A DNA stretch of 32,000 bases. Source: Candidatus Saccharimonadota bacterium. GTDB lineage: Bacteria; Patescibacteriota; Saccharimonadia; Saccharimonadales; Saccharimonadaceae. Shown here piece after piece: positions 31,638 through 32,000 of the stretch. The notes below the pieces were generated by a model that had not been told where the DNA came from, ran no database searches, and saw only the letters and a list, made by a program, of their open reading frames with translations. The position numbers were made by a program, and so were the translations under genes. Position 1 is the first letter of the stretch. Every line of letters starts with the position of its first letter. The DNA is taken from the NCBI GenBank assembly GCA_002421785.1, contig DIRZ01000002.1, positions 300,001 to 332,000 of the forward strand. Direction: 5' to 3'.

Positions 31638-31937
31638 TTAGTTGCCCGGAGGCGGCAGGGGTGATCCCTGGGCTGCGGCGTGCATCTCGGCGCGGCGGAC
31701 CTCCCGCTCATCGCGGTAGGGCTTGATGATTTCGTCGGCCAGTGCTTGCCGCTCCCTGCGATGGACGTCCTTCAGGTCGTCGCGCTCACCGCGCTGGATG
31801 GTGCGCTGCTGCTTGCGCTCGGCGGTCTGGACGGCCTTGAGCTCTCTCAACCGGGCCTTGCCATCGGCGATGCGCTTCACGAGCTCATCGTCGTTGAACT
31901 GCCTCGGATCGACGGCGGTGTTCTGCGTCTCGGACAT
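31638..31937 (-). CDS. small charged coiled-coil hypothetical protein encoded by a GC-rich gene
   Basis: MSETQNTAVDPRQFNDDELVKRIADGKARLRELKAVQTAERKQQRTIQRGERDDLKDVHRRERQALADEIIKPYRDEREVRRAEMHAAAQGSPLPPPGN. ATG 31937 lies 6 nt after AAAGGA; ATG 31943 is the alternative. TAA stop at 31638-31640. Confidence 0.6.
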   Translation of the reverse strand: MSETQNTAVDPRQFNDDELVKRIADGKARLRELKAVQTAERKQQRTIQRGERDDLKDVHRRERQALADEIIKPYRDEREVRRAEMHAAAQGSPLPPPGN

Positions 31938-31971
31938 GGCCATTCCTTTCACTAGGGGGCGACCAGTGTGT

Positions 31972-32000
31972 ATGATAAATATAAGTTGCGTCTTTGTCAA
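31972..32000 (-). promoter_or_regulatory. sigma70-type promoter TTGACA-N17-TATCAT for the GC-rich gene
   Basis: On the minus strand: -35 TTGACA (plus coordinates 31995-32000), 17-nt spacer, -10 TATCAT (31972-31977). It touches the window edge. Confidence 0.55.

Noticed and set aside
1-32000. Alternative genetic code (UGA recoding, as in some CPR lineages)
   Set aside because: TGA terminates the HAD hydrolase (5524-5526) and the LamG protein (9235-9237) at family-typical lengths. No conserved gene here is interrupted by in-frame TGA.

Overview
The window reads as a chromosomal segment of a small-genome, Gram-positive-type bacterium. Gene content suggests a Candidate Phyla Radiation / Saccharibacteria-like lineage; that assignment is inference, not a database result. 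The clues are tightly packed, often overlapping housekeeping genes, many N-terminally membrane-anchored hypothetical proteins, giant repeat-rich surface proteins, and rpsO not followed by pnp. The genetic code is standard: TGA closes ORFs at sensible lengths. Layout: (1) 1-5.5 kb holds polA (5'-truncated by the window edge), dut, a PNPOx-like gene, two unknown genes (one with a PD-(D/E)XK-like motif), a membrane-anchored unknown and a HAD hydrolase. (2) 5.5-21.1 kb is a 15.5 kb surface-protein island with its own promoter. It encodes a small secreted WxL-like protein, two chaperone-like beta-sandwich proteins with C-terminal membrane anchors, an Ig-like membrane protein, and a LamG-lectin protein carrying the same C-terminal module as the small protein. 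It also encodes a 1848-aa parallel-beta-helix giant with an internal tandem duplication and a ~1600-aa protein with 18 Kelch-type blades. (3) 21.1-31.2 kb is housekeeping: mutM, holA, rpsT with a Lys/Ala-rich tail, a degenerate DHH-like protein with a long Pro-rich tail, a PIG-L deacetylase, truB, an aldose-1-epimerase-like gene, rpsO, a Gre-family factor, a GNAT, an unknown and a Nudix hydrolase. (4) 31.25-32.0 kb is an AT-rich spacer with a strong orphan promoter and a 35-codon ORF, followed by a markedly GC-rich small gene. No rRNA, tRNA, CRISPR array, transposase, integrase or reverse transcriptase was found. Many promoters are readable by eye (TTGACA-like -35 and/or TGn-extended -10), and several sit 6-9 nt from the start codon, implying leaderless mRNAs. 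The best candidate for a new system is the surface island, which resembles a Csc/WxL-style cell-surface complex locus coupled to two giant adhesin-like proteins.
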